Below, in pieces: positions 7,992-19,474 of a stretch of 64,000 nt of DNA (its first letter is position 1; the number at the start of each line of letters is the position of its first letter). The stretch lies in assembly GCA_037444305.1 (NCBI GenBank), contig JBBIMP010000014.1, forward strand, positions 47,316-111,315. Direction: 5' to 3'. Source of the DNA: Acidobacteriota bacterium. GTDB taxonomy: Bacteria; Acidobacteriota; UBA6911. The notes under the pieces are model-generated. The model was not told the DNA's origin. It searched no databases and saw only the letters and a program-made list of their open reading frames with translations. The position numbers and the translations under genes were made by a program.

Positions 7992-10745
7992 ATGCCGATG
8001 CCGAGACTTTCCATCCTTGCGGTGGTCACGCAGTTCTTCCTGGCTGCTGCGATGCCCCTCGCGGCACAGCAGCGCTCGGGCGAGGAGTTTTTCGGCCGGG
8101 TCGTCTCCGGCATCGATTACGTGGCCGATCGGCCGCTCGTGCGCGCCCATTTCGACCCGATGCTGGGGTGTGGTCCCGGCGAGGTCCTGACACGGACGGG
8201 CCTGAAGGCCGCGATTCAGGCCCTGTATGACACGGGTCAATTCTCGAGCATCTCGGCTTTCGGCGAGCCGGACGGCGACAAGGTCCGCCTGACGTTTCAT
8301 CTCCTGCTCAACTACTACTTCAACCGGTTTTTGATCGAAGGCGAGGTAGACCTTGGTGGTCGCCTCCCGGCCGAGGTGATGGACCTCCCCGTTGGGGCCA
8401 GGTTCACTCCCGAAAGGCTCGAGGAGAGCCGCCAGATCATGGGCCGGTATATGCGGGACCGCGGGTACTTCCAGGCTCGGGTCGAGACGAGCGTTGTGCG
8501 GGATGCGGAAAACCGGCAGGCGAACGTTACCTTCGTCATAGAGCAGGGAGAGCTGCCGACGATCCGCTCCGTAATTCTCACGGGGGTAGCCCCGGAGCAG
8601 GAGCCCGCTATCCTCGATAAATTCGGTTTCCTTCAGGGGAAGAAGTACGAGCGCTTCCGGCTGAGGCAGCGGGTGGAGAATCTCGATCAGTATCTGCTCA
8701 GACGGGGCTGGCTGGCCGCGGAAACCCAGCTCTCGGAGATCTTCGATCCCGACGACAACACGATCGCCCTGGAACTTCGAGTGCTGAATGTCGGGGAGGT
8801 CCGCGTGATGGTGGAGGGTTTCGGCATACCGAGAGACAGGTTGAGCCGTCTGCTGCCGGTCCTTTCGGGAGAGGGCCTTCAGCCCTGGCTTCTCGAGGAA
8901 GGTGCGCAGAATCTGCGGGAATACCTGGAAGAACAGGGCTATCCGGAGGCCGACGTGCGGGCAGAGCAGGAGGTGGACCGCACGGGCGCACGCACGCTGA
9001 AGTACGTGGTAGAGGCCGGCCGCAAGGTGACCGTAGGCGATGTCGAGTTCGCCGGCAACCGGGCATTCTCCGACGATGAGCTGCTTGCCTCGGTGCAGGT
9101 GCAGCCTGCCCGTTTTCTTCAGAAATCGGTGTACAGCATTTCGAAGCTGGATTCCGATGTCGAGAACCTCCGGCTCCTCTATCACTCCTCCGGCTACCTG
9201 GAGGCGCAGGTCATCCCCCTGGTGCAGGCGATGGGCGATTCGAGCAGCCTGAAGATCACATTCGAAGTGGACGAAGGAGACCTCTCGCGGGTGGCCGCTG
9301 TCGAGCTGCGCGGCTGCGCCCAGGTCTCCGAGGACCGGCTCAGGTCGAGGCTGGCCATGAGGCCCGGCAGCGCCTACTCGCCTCAGATCGCGGAACGGGA
9401 CAGACAGGCCCTGCTGGCAGCTTACAACGATGCAGGTTTCCTGCAGCCTCAGGTGGTGTACTCCGCGACCGAAACCGGCGGCGGCCGGTATGTGCTGCTG
9501 TTCGACATCGAGGAGGGCCCGCGCTCCTACGTGGACCGGGTCCTCATCCTGGGAAACGACCGGACTCGGAGATCCTTCATCGAGAAGAGAATCAGCCTCG
9601 GCGAAGGCGAGCCCCTCAGCCTGGGAGGAATGCTGGAAACACAGCGAGCGCTTTACGCCACCGGGGTGTTCGACCTGGTGCGCGTGTCGCCGCAGACTCC
9701 GGAAAGCCTGGCGCGGCATCAGAGCGTGGTGGTGCGCCTGACCGAATCGAAGCGGTACACGATCCGCTACGGGCTCGGATATCAGGAACGGGAGAGGGTG
9801 AGAGGCATCCTCGAACTGAGCGACGGAAACATCCTGGGGACGGGGCGCCGGGCCGACCTGCGCCTCAGGGGAAGCACCATCGAACAGGGCGCCATCCTGA
9901 GCTTCGAGCAGCCGCGAATCCGCTTCCTGCCGGTAAACTCCTACCTCACGCTGTCCGGCAGGCGCAAGCGGGAGGTCAGCTTCGATGTTCGGCGGCTCAA
10001 CTTCACCTATCAGTTCAGCCGGCCGGTGGGCACCCACGCGTGGGCGCTCCTGCGCTACAGTTTCCGCAACGTCCGGGTGTCGGACCTTAGGGTCTCCCCC
10101 GGCGAGCTCGGGCGCGAGGACATTCCGAGGAATCTTTCCACCTTTTCGGCGATATTCATCAACGACACCCGCGACAACTATCTGGATCCGGACCGCGGAT
10201 TCTTCACCTCGGCCGACCTCAGCCTCACGACGAAACTGATCGGCAGCAACAACTATGTCTCGCTGTTCACACAGAACAGCTATCACTGGAACTGGACGCG
10301 GTCGCTGCTCATGGCCGCAGGCCTGAGGTTCGGGGTGGCCCAGCCTTTCGGCGGCGACAGGGATCTGCCGATCAGCGAGCGGTTTTTCGGCGGCGGCGCC
10401 TCGAGCCTCCGCGGATTCGACACCGACCGGGCCGGGCCCCTGGATTCGAAAACGAACCAACCGGTGGGCGGCAATGCGATCCTGGTCGGCAACCTGGAGG
10501 CGCGCATCCCCCTGCTTAGCAGCCTCCGGCTGGCGATGTTCTACGACGCAGGAAACGTGTTCCGCTCCCTGGGGGCCATTCGCCTCCCGGACGTCAGTCA
10601 CACGGTCGGTCTTGGGCTGAGAGTGAAAACGCCGCTGGGTCCGCTCAGGATCGACTATGCAATCAACCTGAACCTCTCCGAACGGTTGCGGACGCTGGGA
10701 TACGACCGGCGGCAGTTCTTCATCACGATCGGGCCGCCGTTCTAG
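7992..10745 (+). CDS. bamA: Outer membrane protein assembly factor BamA (Omp85, POTRA repeats plus beta-barrel)
   Basis: About 917 aa. It has a signal-like N-terminus (MPMPRLSILAVVTQFFLAAAMPLAAQQ), repeated POTRA-like modules, a C-terminal barrel with GGNAILVGNLEARIP, and a terminal ...TIGPPF. The ORF track offers a TTG start at 7971. Confidence 0.9.
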   Translation: MPMPRLSILAVVTQFFLAAAMPLAAQQRSGEEFFGRVVSGIDYVADRPLVRAHFDPMLGCGPGEVLTRTGLKAAIQALYDTGQFSSISAFGEPDGDKVRLTFHLLLNYYFNRFLIEGEVDLGGRLPAEVMDLPVGARFTPERLEESRQIMGRYMRDRGYFQARVETSVVRDAENRQANVTFVIEQGELPTIRSVILTGVAPEQEPAILDKFGFLQGKKYERFRLRQRVENLDQYLLRRGWLAAETQLSEIFDPDDNTIALELRVLNVGEVRVMVEGFGIPRDRLSRLLPVLSGEGLQPWLLEEGAQNLREYLEEQGYPEADVRAEQEVDRTGARTLKYVVEAGRKVTVGDVEFAGNRAFSDDELLASVQVQPARFLQKSVYSISKLDSDVENLRLLYHSSGYLEAQVIPLVQAMGDSSSLKITFEVDEGDLSRVAAVELRGCAQVSEDRLRSRLAMRPGSAYSPQIAERDRQALLAAYNDAGFLQPQVVYSATETGGGRYVLLFDIEEGPRSYVDRVLILGNDRTRRSFIEKRISLGEGEPLSLGGMLETQRALYATGVFDLVRVSPQTPESLARHQSVVVRLTESKRYTIRYGLGYQERERVRGILELSDGNILGTGRRADLRLRGSTIEQGAILSFEQPRIRFLPVNSYLTLSGRRKREVSFDVRRLNFTYQFSRPVGTHAWALLRYSFRNVRVSDLRVSPGELGREDIPRNLSTFSAIFINDTRDNYLDPDRGFFTSADLSLTTKLIGSNNYVSLFTQNSYHWNWTRSLLMAAGLRFGVAQPFGGDRDLPISERFFGGGASSLRGFDTDRAGPLDSKTNQPVGGNAILVGNLEARIPLLSSLRLAMFYDAGNVFRSLGAIRLPDVSHTVGLGLRVKTPLGPLRIDYAINLNLSERLRTLGYDRRQFFITIGPPF

Positions 10746-10884
10746 CCCGGACGGGAGGAGTGAGGGAAGGCACTGGAAACAGGCTGCGGCGCCGCTATTT
10801 GCGGCAGCCAGCCGAGCCGCCGGAATCATGGCGGGGAATGAACCGGGCCTGCGGGCACCCGGGATGGGCAACCTGGCAAGGACT

Positions 10885-11571
10885 ATGAGCTTCGGAACAA
10901 GGATCTTCACAGCGGTCGCGCTCCTCCTCGCATGTCCTGCGGCGGCCCGGCCTTCACAGGCGCCGCCGGGGCAGGTGGAACTAGATCGGATGCTGGCGGC
11001 CGTGAATGGGAAGGTGCTCACGGACGGAGACCTGAAAATGGCCCGGGTGCTCAACGCCCTGCTCTCATTCGGCGAAGCGGGAACGGCCGGGCCGCGGAAG
11101 GAAGAGATCGACCGGCTCATCGATCTGGAATTGCTGCGACAGGAGCTGGCCAACTTCATGGTCGGGCCCGCGGACAGGGACGTGATCGACGAGCGGATGC
11201 AGGAGCTGGTCCGGGGCTATGCGGAGATAGGCGGCCTGCCGGGCCTTTTGAAGGCGCTGGGCATGCGGCACGAGGAACTGGAAGCCTATGTCGAGCTGCA
11301 GGCGCTGATCTTGAGGTTTGTGAACCTCCGCTTCCGGCCGTTTGTCGCAGTACAGGACGGAGAAGTGGAGTCCTACTATGATACGGTCCTGGTCCGGAGA
11401 CTGCGGGATGCGGGCATCGGCGCGCCCCCGATCGATGAGGTCAGGGACTACATCCGGATGATCCTCGTGGAAGAAAAGGTGAACCAGGCGCTCGAACGTT
11501 GGCTGGAAAACATCCGGGATCACTCCAGGATCCAGAAATTCTCCGCGCCGGGAGGAGATGGACGGCCATGA
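10885..11571 (+). CDS. Periplasmic SurA N-terminal-domain-like chaperone (no PPIase domain seen)
   Basis: It has a signal peptide (MSFGTRIFTAVALLLACPAAA) followed by ELDRMLAAVNGKVLTDGDL, which resembles the SurA_N pattern vDrIvAvVn..vIt..dl. Its stop overlaps the tamB ATG (ATGA). Confidence 0.6.
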   Translation: MSFGTRIFTAVALLLACPAAARPSQAPPGQVELDRMLAAVNGKVLTDGDLKMARVLNALLSFGEAGTAGPRKEEIDRLIDLELLRQELANFMVGPADRDVIDERMQELVRGYAEIGGLPGLLKALGMRHEELEAYVELQALILRFVNLRFRPFVAVQDGEVESYYDTVLVRRLRDAGIGAPPIDEVRDYIRMILVEEKVNQALERWLENIRDHSRIQKFSAPGGDGRP

Positions 11572-14500
11572 AGAGAAAGCTCTGGAAGGCTCTCCTCGTT
11601 GCCGGCCTGCTCCTCGGCGGGCTGGCAGCGGCCGGTGGTTTGTATGTGAGCAGCCGAGGTTTCCAGGAAAAGCTGCGGCTGTATGTCGTCGACAAAGTGC
11701 AGGAGGCGACCGGGCAGGTCTGCAGTATCGGTTCTTTCCACTTCGATCCCTTCCGGCTCTCCTTCCAGGTGGCGGGCCTGCAGCTCACTCCCGCGGCCGG
11801 CGAGCAGAACCGCTTCGGCCTGGCGGTGGAGCGTATCGAGGGGCGCCTGACGCTGAAGGCGCTCCTCCTGCCCCATGTGGAACTGGCGGAACTGGCGGTG
11901 ACGGGGCCGAGAATCTCCTTCAGGACCGGCGATTCCGAAGACGGCTGGAAGGCGGAGTCGTTTCTGCGGGTGCTGCGGCGCTCTTTCGACTTCGCCTCCG
12001 GCAGGGCGGAGGTCCGGGGAGGTTGGGTGGAATGGAATCAGGTCCGGATTCCGCTGGAGTTTTCGTTGGAAGACCTGGCGTGCGCCATCCGCTACCGGGA
12101 AGAACCTCTGGCCTACGGCATCGACCTATCCTACCGGAACGGCCGGGTGGCCTGGGGGGACAGGGAGATCCCTTACGACCTGCAGGCGCGGCTGGATCTC
12201 TCGATAGAGGGGATCGAGATCGAGTCCTTCCACGTCCGCCGCGGAATGAGTCATTTCCTGGGCACCGGCAGCATGAAGGACTGGCGGTCGCCCGCGCTGG
12301 TCGTCCAGGCCCGTGGCAAGATGACCGAGGAATCGCTCCCCCTTTTCCACTCCTCGCTCAGCGAGGCTCGCGGAGACCTCGAGGTGGCGGGAACCCTGCG
12401 ATGGGACCGGGCAGGTTTTTGGTCCGCGGGCCGGTTCTCGACCCCGGCCGCCGGATACCGGAAGGTGGGTATCGCCGCTCTCAGAGGCGACTATCAGATC
12501 AAGGATGACACCATTTTCCTGGCCGGGGTGGAAGGCCGGATCGGCGAGGGGCGAATTACATGCGAAGGGCACATGCACCTGAAGCGGGATCCCCTCACTC
12601 CGCATGACCTGACCTTCACCACCCGTGCGGTCCGGATCAGGGACCTGACGGCGATCATCAACCTCGACGGCTTCGACCTGGCCAACGCGGTGAACGCAGC
12701 CGCGCGAGTTTCCTGGCGGACCGGTGCGTCCGACCTGAAGGTCGAGGCGGACGCCGACCTGCTGCCGCCGGTGGCACAGGCGGCTGCGGCGGGGCGCTGG
12801 ACGCCCCTCGCGGGAACCCTGGGCTTCGGCTACCGGCAGGGAGCGTGGCATCTGCCGAAGGCGGATCTGCGCTCGGCGGACACCGTTTTTCATGCGGAGG
12901 GACGGGGGTGGGGCCGCTCCCGGATCCGTCTCCGCACGAAAGATCCTTCCGAGGTGCTCGAAATCGTTGGGGATTTTTCCCGGACACTGAAGGATCTCGC
13001 GGTTGAGAGACCGGAGAGGTTCGATCTTGCGGGAGAATTCGGCCTGGAGGGCGAGCTCCGGCTCGATGCCCCGGAGGGCGTCTCGTACGAAGGGCACATC
13101 GAATCGAACCAGGGAAGGTGGAGCACGTTCAAGACGGACCGCCTCGCCGCCGGCATCTTCTGGGATGGAAGCAGGCTCAGGCTGCGGGCCGCAACGGTGC
13201 GCGCGGACGCGCTCGCGATCGCAGGAGATTTGGAGCTCGAGGTGCCGCCGCCCGGGGAGTCGCTGAAGGACTGGAAGTTTTCCGGCAGCGTCGCCAACCT
13301 GTCCCTTGCCTGGCTCCGCGATGCGGGTGTAACTGCCGTCGGCGATGCCACGGGTTTGATCGAAGCGGAGGGCGTGGCAGGCCAGGAGGATGGAAAGTGG
13401 CTGGGGGACACGCGCTTTCAGATCGTGCAGGGAGTCTACCGGGACCTGGCGTTCGACCTGGCCCGCGGCAGAGCCCGGGTGCAGCAGGGCAGGCTGAATA
13501 TCATGGGCGGGAGGATATCGAGCGGGTCCGCCCAGCTGGAAGTCGATGGATTCCTCGAGCTGGACACCGGCGGGCTGGAGCTGAGCGCCCGGGCGACGTC
13601 CTTCCCGCTGGCGGATATCCCCGCGATCCAGCGCAACGAAATGCCGATACGGGGGCAGGCGACGGCCTCGGGGACCGTGGCGGGTACGCTGGACAATCCC
13701 CGCGCGGAGGGGAGCTTCGAACTCAAAAACCTGCAGTACTCCGACTGGAATCTCGGAAGCGGCAAAGGGACTTTCGAATTCGGCGGCCGCAGCCTGGCGG
13801 CTAAAGCCGCGGTGGCTTCCGAGCTGGGCAGGCTGCAGGGCAGGGTCCAGGTTTCGACCGGGGAGGACTACAGCGGGAGCGCGGTGGTCGAATTCGGCGA
13901 CTGGAATATCCAGAAGATGCTGGAGGGGAAGGTGCCCGAGTATTTCAGCGAGGTTAGCACAGCTCTCCAGGGACGGGTTGAAATCCGCGGGAATTTCGAC
14001 CAACCGGCAAAACTCGGGGCCCGGGGCGAGATGGACGGCGCCCGCTTCAGGATCGGCGGAGTCGAACTCCAGAACCGGGGGAAAATCGGATTTTCCGTGG
14101 CCAACCGGAGGCTTTATGTGAGCCAGGCCCAGTTGTCGGGCGAGGCGACGGATCTCGCCCTGGACGGCATCATCCCGCTGGACGACGGCCCCGGGCTCGA
14201 ACTCGCCCTCAAGGGGCAGCTCAATCTCAGGATTCTCGATCATCTGGCAACCAAGGTCGGAATTGTCGGCTCGGCGGACCTGGACGTGCGCGCTTCCGGA
14301 TCCCTGGGCGATCCGCAGGTGATCGGGCAGGCGTCGTTCCGCGATGTCCGTCTGGGTTTCGGCGATTTTCCCTATCCCCTCACCGCGCTGCAGGGGAAGG
14401 TGATATTTTCACGCAACTCGGTCGGCCTGGAAAACGTCCGGGGGAACTTCGCTTCGGGTTCGGTCACGGTGACGGGTTCGCTGGAACACCAGAATGCCGA

Positions 14501-15476
14501 GCTCCGGGCCTTGAACCTGCAGGCGGAGGTGAAGCGGGCCCGCCTGCTCTATCCCAGGGATTTCCGTTCCACGGTGGACGGACGGTTGAATCTACGGGGG
14601 AGCGGCGATGCCCAGCTTCTGACGGGTGAGGTGAAGGTGGTGCGGGCCGAGTATCAAAGGGACTTCAACCTGCTCGAACAGCTGGCGGCGAGGAGCGCGG
14701 CACCGGCCGGTCCGGGCGTCACAGATCCGTTCCTCGCGGGCATCCGGCTCAACGTCTCGATTCACTCCGAGGACGGGCTTTCCATCGACAACGAACTGAC
14801 GAAGCTGCGCGGGCGGATCAATCTCACGCTGCGGGGGACCGTCGCCTACCCGTCGCTCACCGGCCGCGTGGAGGTGACCGAGGGATTCATTTTCTTCCGA
14901 GGAAACCGCTTCGAGATTATCCGTGGAGCCGCGGATTTCGTGGACCGAAACCGGATCAACCCGACTTTCGACCTGAGGGCGGAAGCCGATGTCAAGACCT
15001 ACCGGCTGATGCTGGATGCCACGGGGGATCTCGGCAACCTGCGGTTCAACATGGCCTCGGATCCACCCCTTTCAACCGTCGACATCGTGGCACTGATGAC
15101 CACGGGGATCTCCGGCAGAGGCGACAGCACTCAGGCTCGGGCGCAGTCGGAAATCACCGGCCTCAGTGCGGCCAGCATCCTCTCGGAAAGCCTGTCGGGG
15201 GTGCTGGGCAAGAGGGTTCAGCGCATTTTCGGACTGGAAAGCTTCCGCGTCGATCCCTTCCTCGCGGGCGCCGAAAACGACCCGACGGCGAGGGTCACCA
15301 TCACCGAGCGGCTGTCCAAGGATCTTGCGGTCACGTTTTCCCGGAATCTCTCCACCAACGAGGAACAGATCGTGGTGGTGGAGTACGATGTGACCCGCAA
15401 CCTGTCCATCGTGGCCACGCGGGATGAGGAGGGAGCCTTCGGGATCGACTTCCGCTTCCGGAAGCGCTTTCGCTGA
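11568..15476 (+). CDS. tamB: Translocation and assembly module protein TamB (DUF490 C-terminus)
   Basis: About 1302 aa from MKRKLWKALLVAGLLLGGLAAAG (N-terminal anchor), with a long beta-rich body. The C-terminus FRVDPFLAG...VTFSRNLSTNEEQIVVVEYDVTRNLSIVATRDEEGAFGIDFRFRKRF is typical of TamB/DUF490. Confidence 0.85.
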   Translation: MKRKLWKALLVAGLLLGGLAAAGGLYVSSRGFQEKLRLYVVDKVQEATGQVCSIGSFHFDPFRLSFQVAGLQLTPAAGEQNRFGLAVERIEGRLTLKALLLPHVELAELAVTGPRISFRTGDSEDGWKAESFLRVLRRSFDFASGRAEVRGGWVEWNQVRIPLEFSLEDLACAIRYREEPLAYGIDLSYRNGRVAWGDREIPYDLQARLDLSIEGIEIESFHVRRGMSHFLGTGSMKDWRSPALVVQARGKMTEESLPLFHSSLSEARGDLEVAGTLRWDRAGFWSAGRFSTPAAGYRKVGIAALRGDYQIKDDTIFLAGVEGRIGEGRITCEGHMHLKRDPLTPHDLTFTTRAVRIRDLTAIINLDGFDLANAVNAAARVSWRTGASDLKVEADADLLPPVAQAAAAGRWTPLAGTLGFGYRQGAWHLPKADLRSADTVFHAEGRGWGRSRIRLRTKDPSEVLEIVGDFSRTLKDLAVERPERFDLAGEFGLEGELRLDAPEGVSYEGHIESNQGRWSTFKTDRLAAGIFWDGSRLRLRAATVRADALAIAGDLELEVPPPGESLKDWKFSGSVANLSLAWLRDAGVTAVGDATGLIEAEGVAGQEDGKWLGDTRFQIVQGVYRDLAFDLARGRARVQQGRLNIMGGRISSGSAQLEVDGFLELDTGGLELSARATSFPLADIPAIQRNEMPIRGQATASGTVAGTLDNPRAEGSFELKNLQYSDWNLGSGKGTFEFGGRSLAAKAAVASELGRLQGRVQVSTGEDYSGSAVVEFGDWNIQKMLEGKVPEYFSEVSTALQGRVEIRGNFDQPAKLGARGEMDGARFRIGGVELQNRGKIGFSVANRRLYVSQAQLSGEATDLALDGIIPLDDGPGLELALKGQLNLRILDHLATKVGIVGSADLDVRASGSLGDPQVIGQASFRDVRLGFGDFPYPLTALQGKVIFSRNSVGLENVRGNFASGSVTVTGSLEHQNAELRALNLQAEVKRARLLYPRDFRSTVDGRLNLRGSGDAQLLTGEVKVVRAEYQRDFNLLEQLAARSAAPAGPGVTDPFLAGIRLNVSIHSEDGLSIDNELTKLRGRINLTLRGTVAYPSLTGRVEVTEGFIFFRGNRFEIIRGAADFVDRNRINPTFDLRAEADVKTYRLMLDATGDLGNLRFNMASDPPLSTVDIVALMTTGISGRGDSTQARAQSEITGLSAASILSESLSGVLGKRVQRIFGLESFRVDPFLAGAENDPTARVTITERLSKDLAVTFSRNLSTNEEQIVVVEYDVTRNLSIVATRDEEGAFGIDFRFRKRFR

Positions 15477-15549
15477 TTTCCCGTACCATTTGCGTTACTA
15501 AATCAGTAGAATGGGCCGCAATTCGTGGATTCCGGTTACGGGGTGAGCT

Positions 15550-16218
15550 ATGAAGATTCTTGTGGTGGAAGACGAGGGCAAGGTTGCCAGTTTTCTGAAA
15601 AAGGGCCTCGAGCAGGCCGGGTACGAAGTCGACCTGGCCATGGACGGTGAGGAAGGGTACGACAAGTTCCGGGCGGCGGACTACGACCTGATCCTGCTGG
15701 ACCTCATGCTGCCGAAGATGACCGGGTGGGATCTGATCCCGCTTTTCCGCAAGCGAAAACCTACCATGCCGATCATCGCTCTGACCGCCAAGACCGCCGT
15801 GGAAGATCGTGTTCAGGGGCTCAACCTCGGGTGCGACGACTACCTGGTCAAGCCCTTCTCCTTTGCCGAGCTGCTCGCCCGGATCGAGGTTCAGGTGCGC
15901 CGGGGTGTGAGCATGGGGACTGCCGAGCTGCTCGCCGGGGATCTCCTGCTCGATCCCCTCAAGCGCAAGGTCTCGCGCGGCGGCAAGGCAATCGAGCTCT
16001 CCAACAAGGAGTTCGCGCTCCTGGAATACCTGATGCGGAACAAGGATCAGATCGTAACGCGGAACATGATCGTGGAAAATGTCTGGGATTCCAGTTTCGA
16101 CAACTTTACGAATGTCGTGGATGTCTACATCAATTACCTCCGCAAGAAGGTCGATTACCCGTTCGACAAACAGCTCATCCAGACCGTTCGCGGCGTCGGG
16201 TATTCCCTGAAGGGTTAG
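15550..16218 (+). CDS. OmpR-family response regulator (CusR/CopR-like)
   Basis: 222 aa. The receiver domain reads MKILVVEDE...LILLDLMLP...KPF, and the winged-helix output ends in VRGVGYSL. Confidence 0.9.
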   Translation: MKILVVEDEGKVASFLKKGLEQAGYEVDLAMDGEEGYDKFRAADYDLILLDLMLPKMTGWDLIPLFRKRKPTMPIIALTAKTAVEDRVQGLNLGCDDYLVKPFSFAELLARIEVQVRRGVSMGTAELLAGDLLLDPLKRKVSRGGKAIELSNKEFALLEYLMRNKDQIVTRNMIVENVWDSSFDNFTNVVDVYINYLRKKVDYPFDKQLIQTVRGVGYSLKG

Positions 16219-16223
16219 TCACC

Positions 16224-17669
16224 TTGAATGTGCGCAGCCTGCGCTTCAAGCTCGGGTGGACCAACGCGCTCCTGATCACGGTCGTGTTTCTCGCCATAGG
16301 GTTCATCCGGTACGAGGTACTCTCCTATCGCGCACACCTGAGCTTTGACAGCGATCTTCTCGAGGATGCGCGCGACTTCGCGACGCGACTCCACTTCCCG
16401 GAATCCGGTGCCGTCACCATTTCGACCGAAGGCCTGCCCCCCTCCGAGGTTCTGGCGCTGGAGCGGATACGGCCCTATTTTGCCGTGACCGATCTGAAGG
16501 GCACCGTCCTGCGGCCAGAACTGCACAGCGCCTACATCCAGGACATGCTGGATGCCGGGGCTCTGAGCGAGGTATTGCGCAGCCACTCGGGTTTTTCGCG
16601 GGCCGAAGGCGTGGATGGGCGGCAGATACGCTTTTACAGCCTCCCGTTCGCCGCAGGGGCCTCGGCGGAGCAGGTCATTCTCCACGTGGGCCAGTCGACG
16701 GAGCCGATAGAGGCAGTCATCCGGGAATCGCTGCTCATCTACCTCTATTCAGTGCCACTGATTATTTTCGTGTCGGGCGCCATAGGCTGGCTGCTGGCAG
16801 GAAGGGCGCTCAAGCCGTTCGAAGATGTGGCGCAGGTCGCCGGCCTCATCACCTCGAAGAATCTCAACATGAAGGTGGTTACCCCGCACAAGGAGATCGA
16901 AGTGCAGCGCCTCGTGGATGCGTTCAATTCGATGGTCGGCCGTCTGAACCGTTCGTTCGAACAGCTGCGGCAGTTCAACGCCGACGCGGCCCACGAGCTG
17001 CGGACTCCGCTGGCAATTCTGCAGGGGGAAACGGAGATTGCGCTGAATTCCATGGACCTCCCCGAGGACACACGCTCGCTCCTGGCGAGCAATCTGGAGG
17101 AACTGGACCGCCTGACAAGGGTGGTGAATGAGATTCTCACGCTTTCGGAGGCAGAGGCGGGAACCCGGAACATCTCGAAGGTTCCCCTGGATTTGAAGCC
17201 GCTGCTGGAAGACCTGGTCGAGCATCTGAATCTGCTCGCCCTCGATATGGACGTCAGGATTCACCTGCCGCAGCTTTCGGCCGCCGTGATCGAAGGGGAC
17301 GAGCTCTGGATCCGGCGCGCCATCATCAACCTCCTGGACAACGCCATCCGCTATTCGAAGCCTGGGAGCAACATCTGGGTAGCCGCGACCGTCGATGGGG
17401 AACGGGTCAGGCTTTCCATCCGGGACCAGGGCATCGGCATCTCGGCGGCCGACATACCTTTCATCTTCGACCGGCTCTACCGCGCGGATCCGGCGCGCAG
17501 CCGAAACAGCGGAGGATCGGGTCTGGGGCTTTCGCTGGTGAAATGGGTGGTGGAAGCCCACGAGGGCACCGTCCATGTGTCCAGCAGGCCGGACGAGGGC
17601 TCGGAATTCACGGTCGAAATCCCGCTCGCGCGTGCCCACAGCTCGATCTCGGGACTCCTCCAGGGCTGA
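16224..17669 (+). CDS. Sensor histidine kinase (two TM segments, HAMP, HisKA, HATPase_c; CusS-like architecture)
   Basis: H-box AAHELRTPLAILQGETEIAL, N-box LDNAIRYS, G-boxes DQGIGI and GGSGLGLSLV. The start is uncertain (TTG 16224 or GTG 16230), just after the regulator's stop at 16218. The ORF-track start at 15726 lies inside the regulator gene. Confidence 0.85.
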   Translation: MNVRSLRFKLGWTNALLITVVFLAIGFIRYEVLSYRAHLSFDSDLLEDARDFATRLHFPESGAVTISTEGLPPSEVLALERIRPYFAVTDLKGTVLRPELHSAYIQDMLDAGALSEVLRSHSGFSRAEGVDGRQIRFYSLPFAAGASAEQVILHVGQSTEPIEAVIRESLLIYLYSVPLIIFVSGAIGWLLAGRALKPFEDVAQVAGLITSKNLNMKVVTPHKEIEVQRLVDAFNSMVGRLNRSFEQLRQFNADAAHELRTPLAILQGETEIALNSMDLPEDTRSLLASNLEELDRLTRVVNEILTLSEAEAGTRNISKVPLDLKPLLEDLVEHLNLLALDMDVRIHLPQLSAAVIEGDELWIRRAIINLLDNAIRYSKPGSNIWVAATVDGERVRLSIRDQGIGISAADIPFIFDRLYRADPARSRNSGGSGLGLSLVKWVVEAHEGTVHVSSRPDEGSEFTVEIPLARAHSSISGLLQG

Positions 17670-17721
17670 AAAAGCACAACTGAAGGCGCACCATCCGGCG
17701 GCGCGAAACTCAATTTTGGGG

Positions 17722-17751
17722 TTGCCTTTTGTGGGCCGCGCACCGTAAAAT
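17722..17751 (+). promoter_or_regulatory. Sigma70-like promoter upstream of rplU
   Basis: TTGCCT (17722-17727), an 18-nt spacer, then TAAAAT (17746-17751). A GGAGG Shine-Dalgarno lies about 9 nt before the GTG start of rplU. Confidence 0.5.
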
Positions 17752-17780
17752 ACACGTTTTCCTATGGAGGTATCAGGATC

Positions 17781-18101
17781 GTGTACGCCGTGATCATGAG
17801 TGGTGGCAAACAGTACCGGGTGGCCGAAGGCGAGGTTGTCCGGGTGGAAAAGCTCGATCTGGAGACGGGTGCGAAAGTGGAGTTCACGGATGTCCTCCTG
17901 GTGGGGACGGATGAAGAAACGCACATAGGCCAGCCCTTGGTCAAAGACGCGACCGTCAGGGGCGTGCTCGAGGAGAGCGGCCGTGGGGACAAGGTGCTGG
18001 TTTTCAAGTACAAGGCAAAGAAGCAGTACCGGCGCACCCGCGGGCACAGGCAGCCCTACTCGGACGTGCGCATCGAAAAAATTGTCGTAGGGCAGGGATG
18101 A
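17781..18101 (+). CDS. rplU: 50S ribosomal protein L21
   Basis: 106 aa: [24 protein letters not shown]... (GTG start). Confidence 0.95.
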   Translation: MYAVIMSGGKQYRVAEGEVVRVEKLDLETGAKVEFTDVLLVGTDEETHIGQPLVKDATVRGVLEESGRGDKVLVFKYKAKKQYRRTRGHRQPYSDVRIEKIVVGQG

Positions 18102-18145
18102 GACCCGTCCGCCGCAGCGGAAGTCGGCGAGTTTGAGAGGTTGGC

Positions 18146-18403
18146 ATGGCACATAAAAAGGGAGTAGGGAGTTCCAGAAACGGCAGGGACAGCCAGTCCA
18201 AGCGGCTGGGTGTCAAGCGCTTCGCGGGCCAACTGGTCCACGGAGGGACGATCCTGGTGCGCCAGCGCGGGACCAAGATCAAGGCGGGCCTGAACGTGGG
18301 GACCGGAAGGGATCACACGCTTTTCGCCAGGGCCGCAGGCACGGTCAGGTTCCAGGACCGGGGGCGTTTGGGCCACTTTGTGCACGTCGATGAGGTGTCC
18401 TGA
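18146..18403 (+). CDS. rpmA: 50S ribosomal protein L27
   Basis: 85 aa: [29 protein letters not shown]... Confidence 0.97.
   Translation: MAHKKGVGSSRNGRDSQSKRLGVKRFAGQLVHGGTILVRQRGTKIKAGLNVGTGRDHTLFARAAGTVRFQDRGRLGHFVHVDEVS

Positions 18404-19474
<1,071 letters not shown>

Noticed and set aside
6702-11159. A 1485-aa minus-strand ORF, the longest in the track, plus nested minus-strand ORFs.
   Set aside because: It lies entirely antisense to ychF, bamA and the SurA_N-like gene, all of which have unmistakable motifs. Its translation is Arg/Pro/Ala/Gly-rich low complexity with no domain signatures. Long stop-free antisense frames are expected in DNA this GC-rich.
12126-14243. A 705-aa minus-strand ORF, plus several 100-300-aa ORFs in other frames across 11.5-15.4 kb.
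   Set aside because: They are antisense or out of frame relative to tamB, which is continuous and has a recognisable anchor and DUF490 C-terminus.
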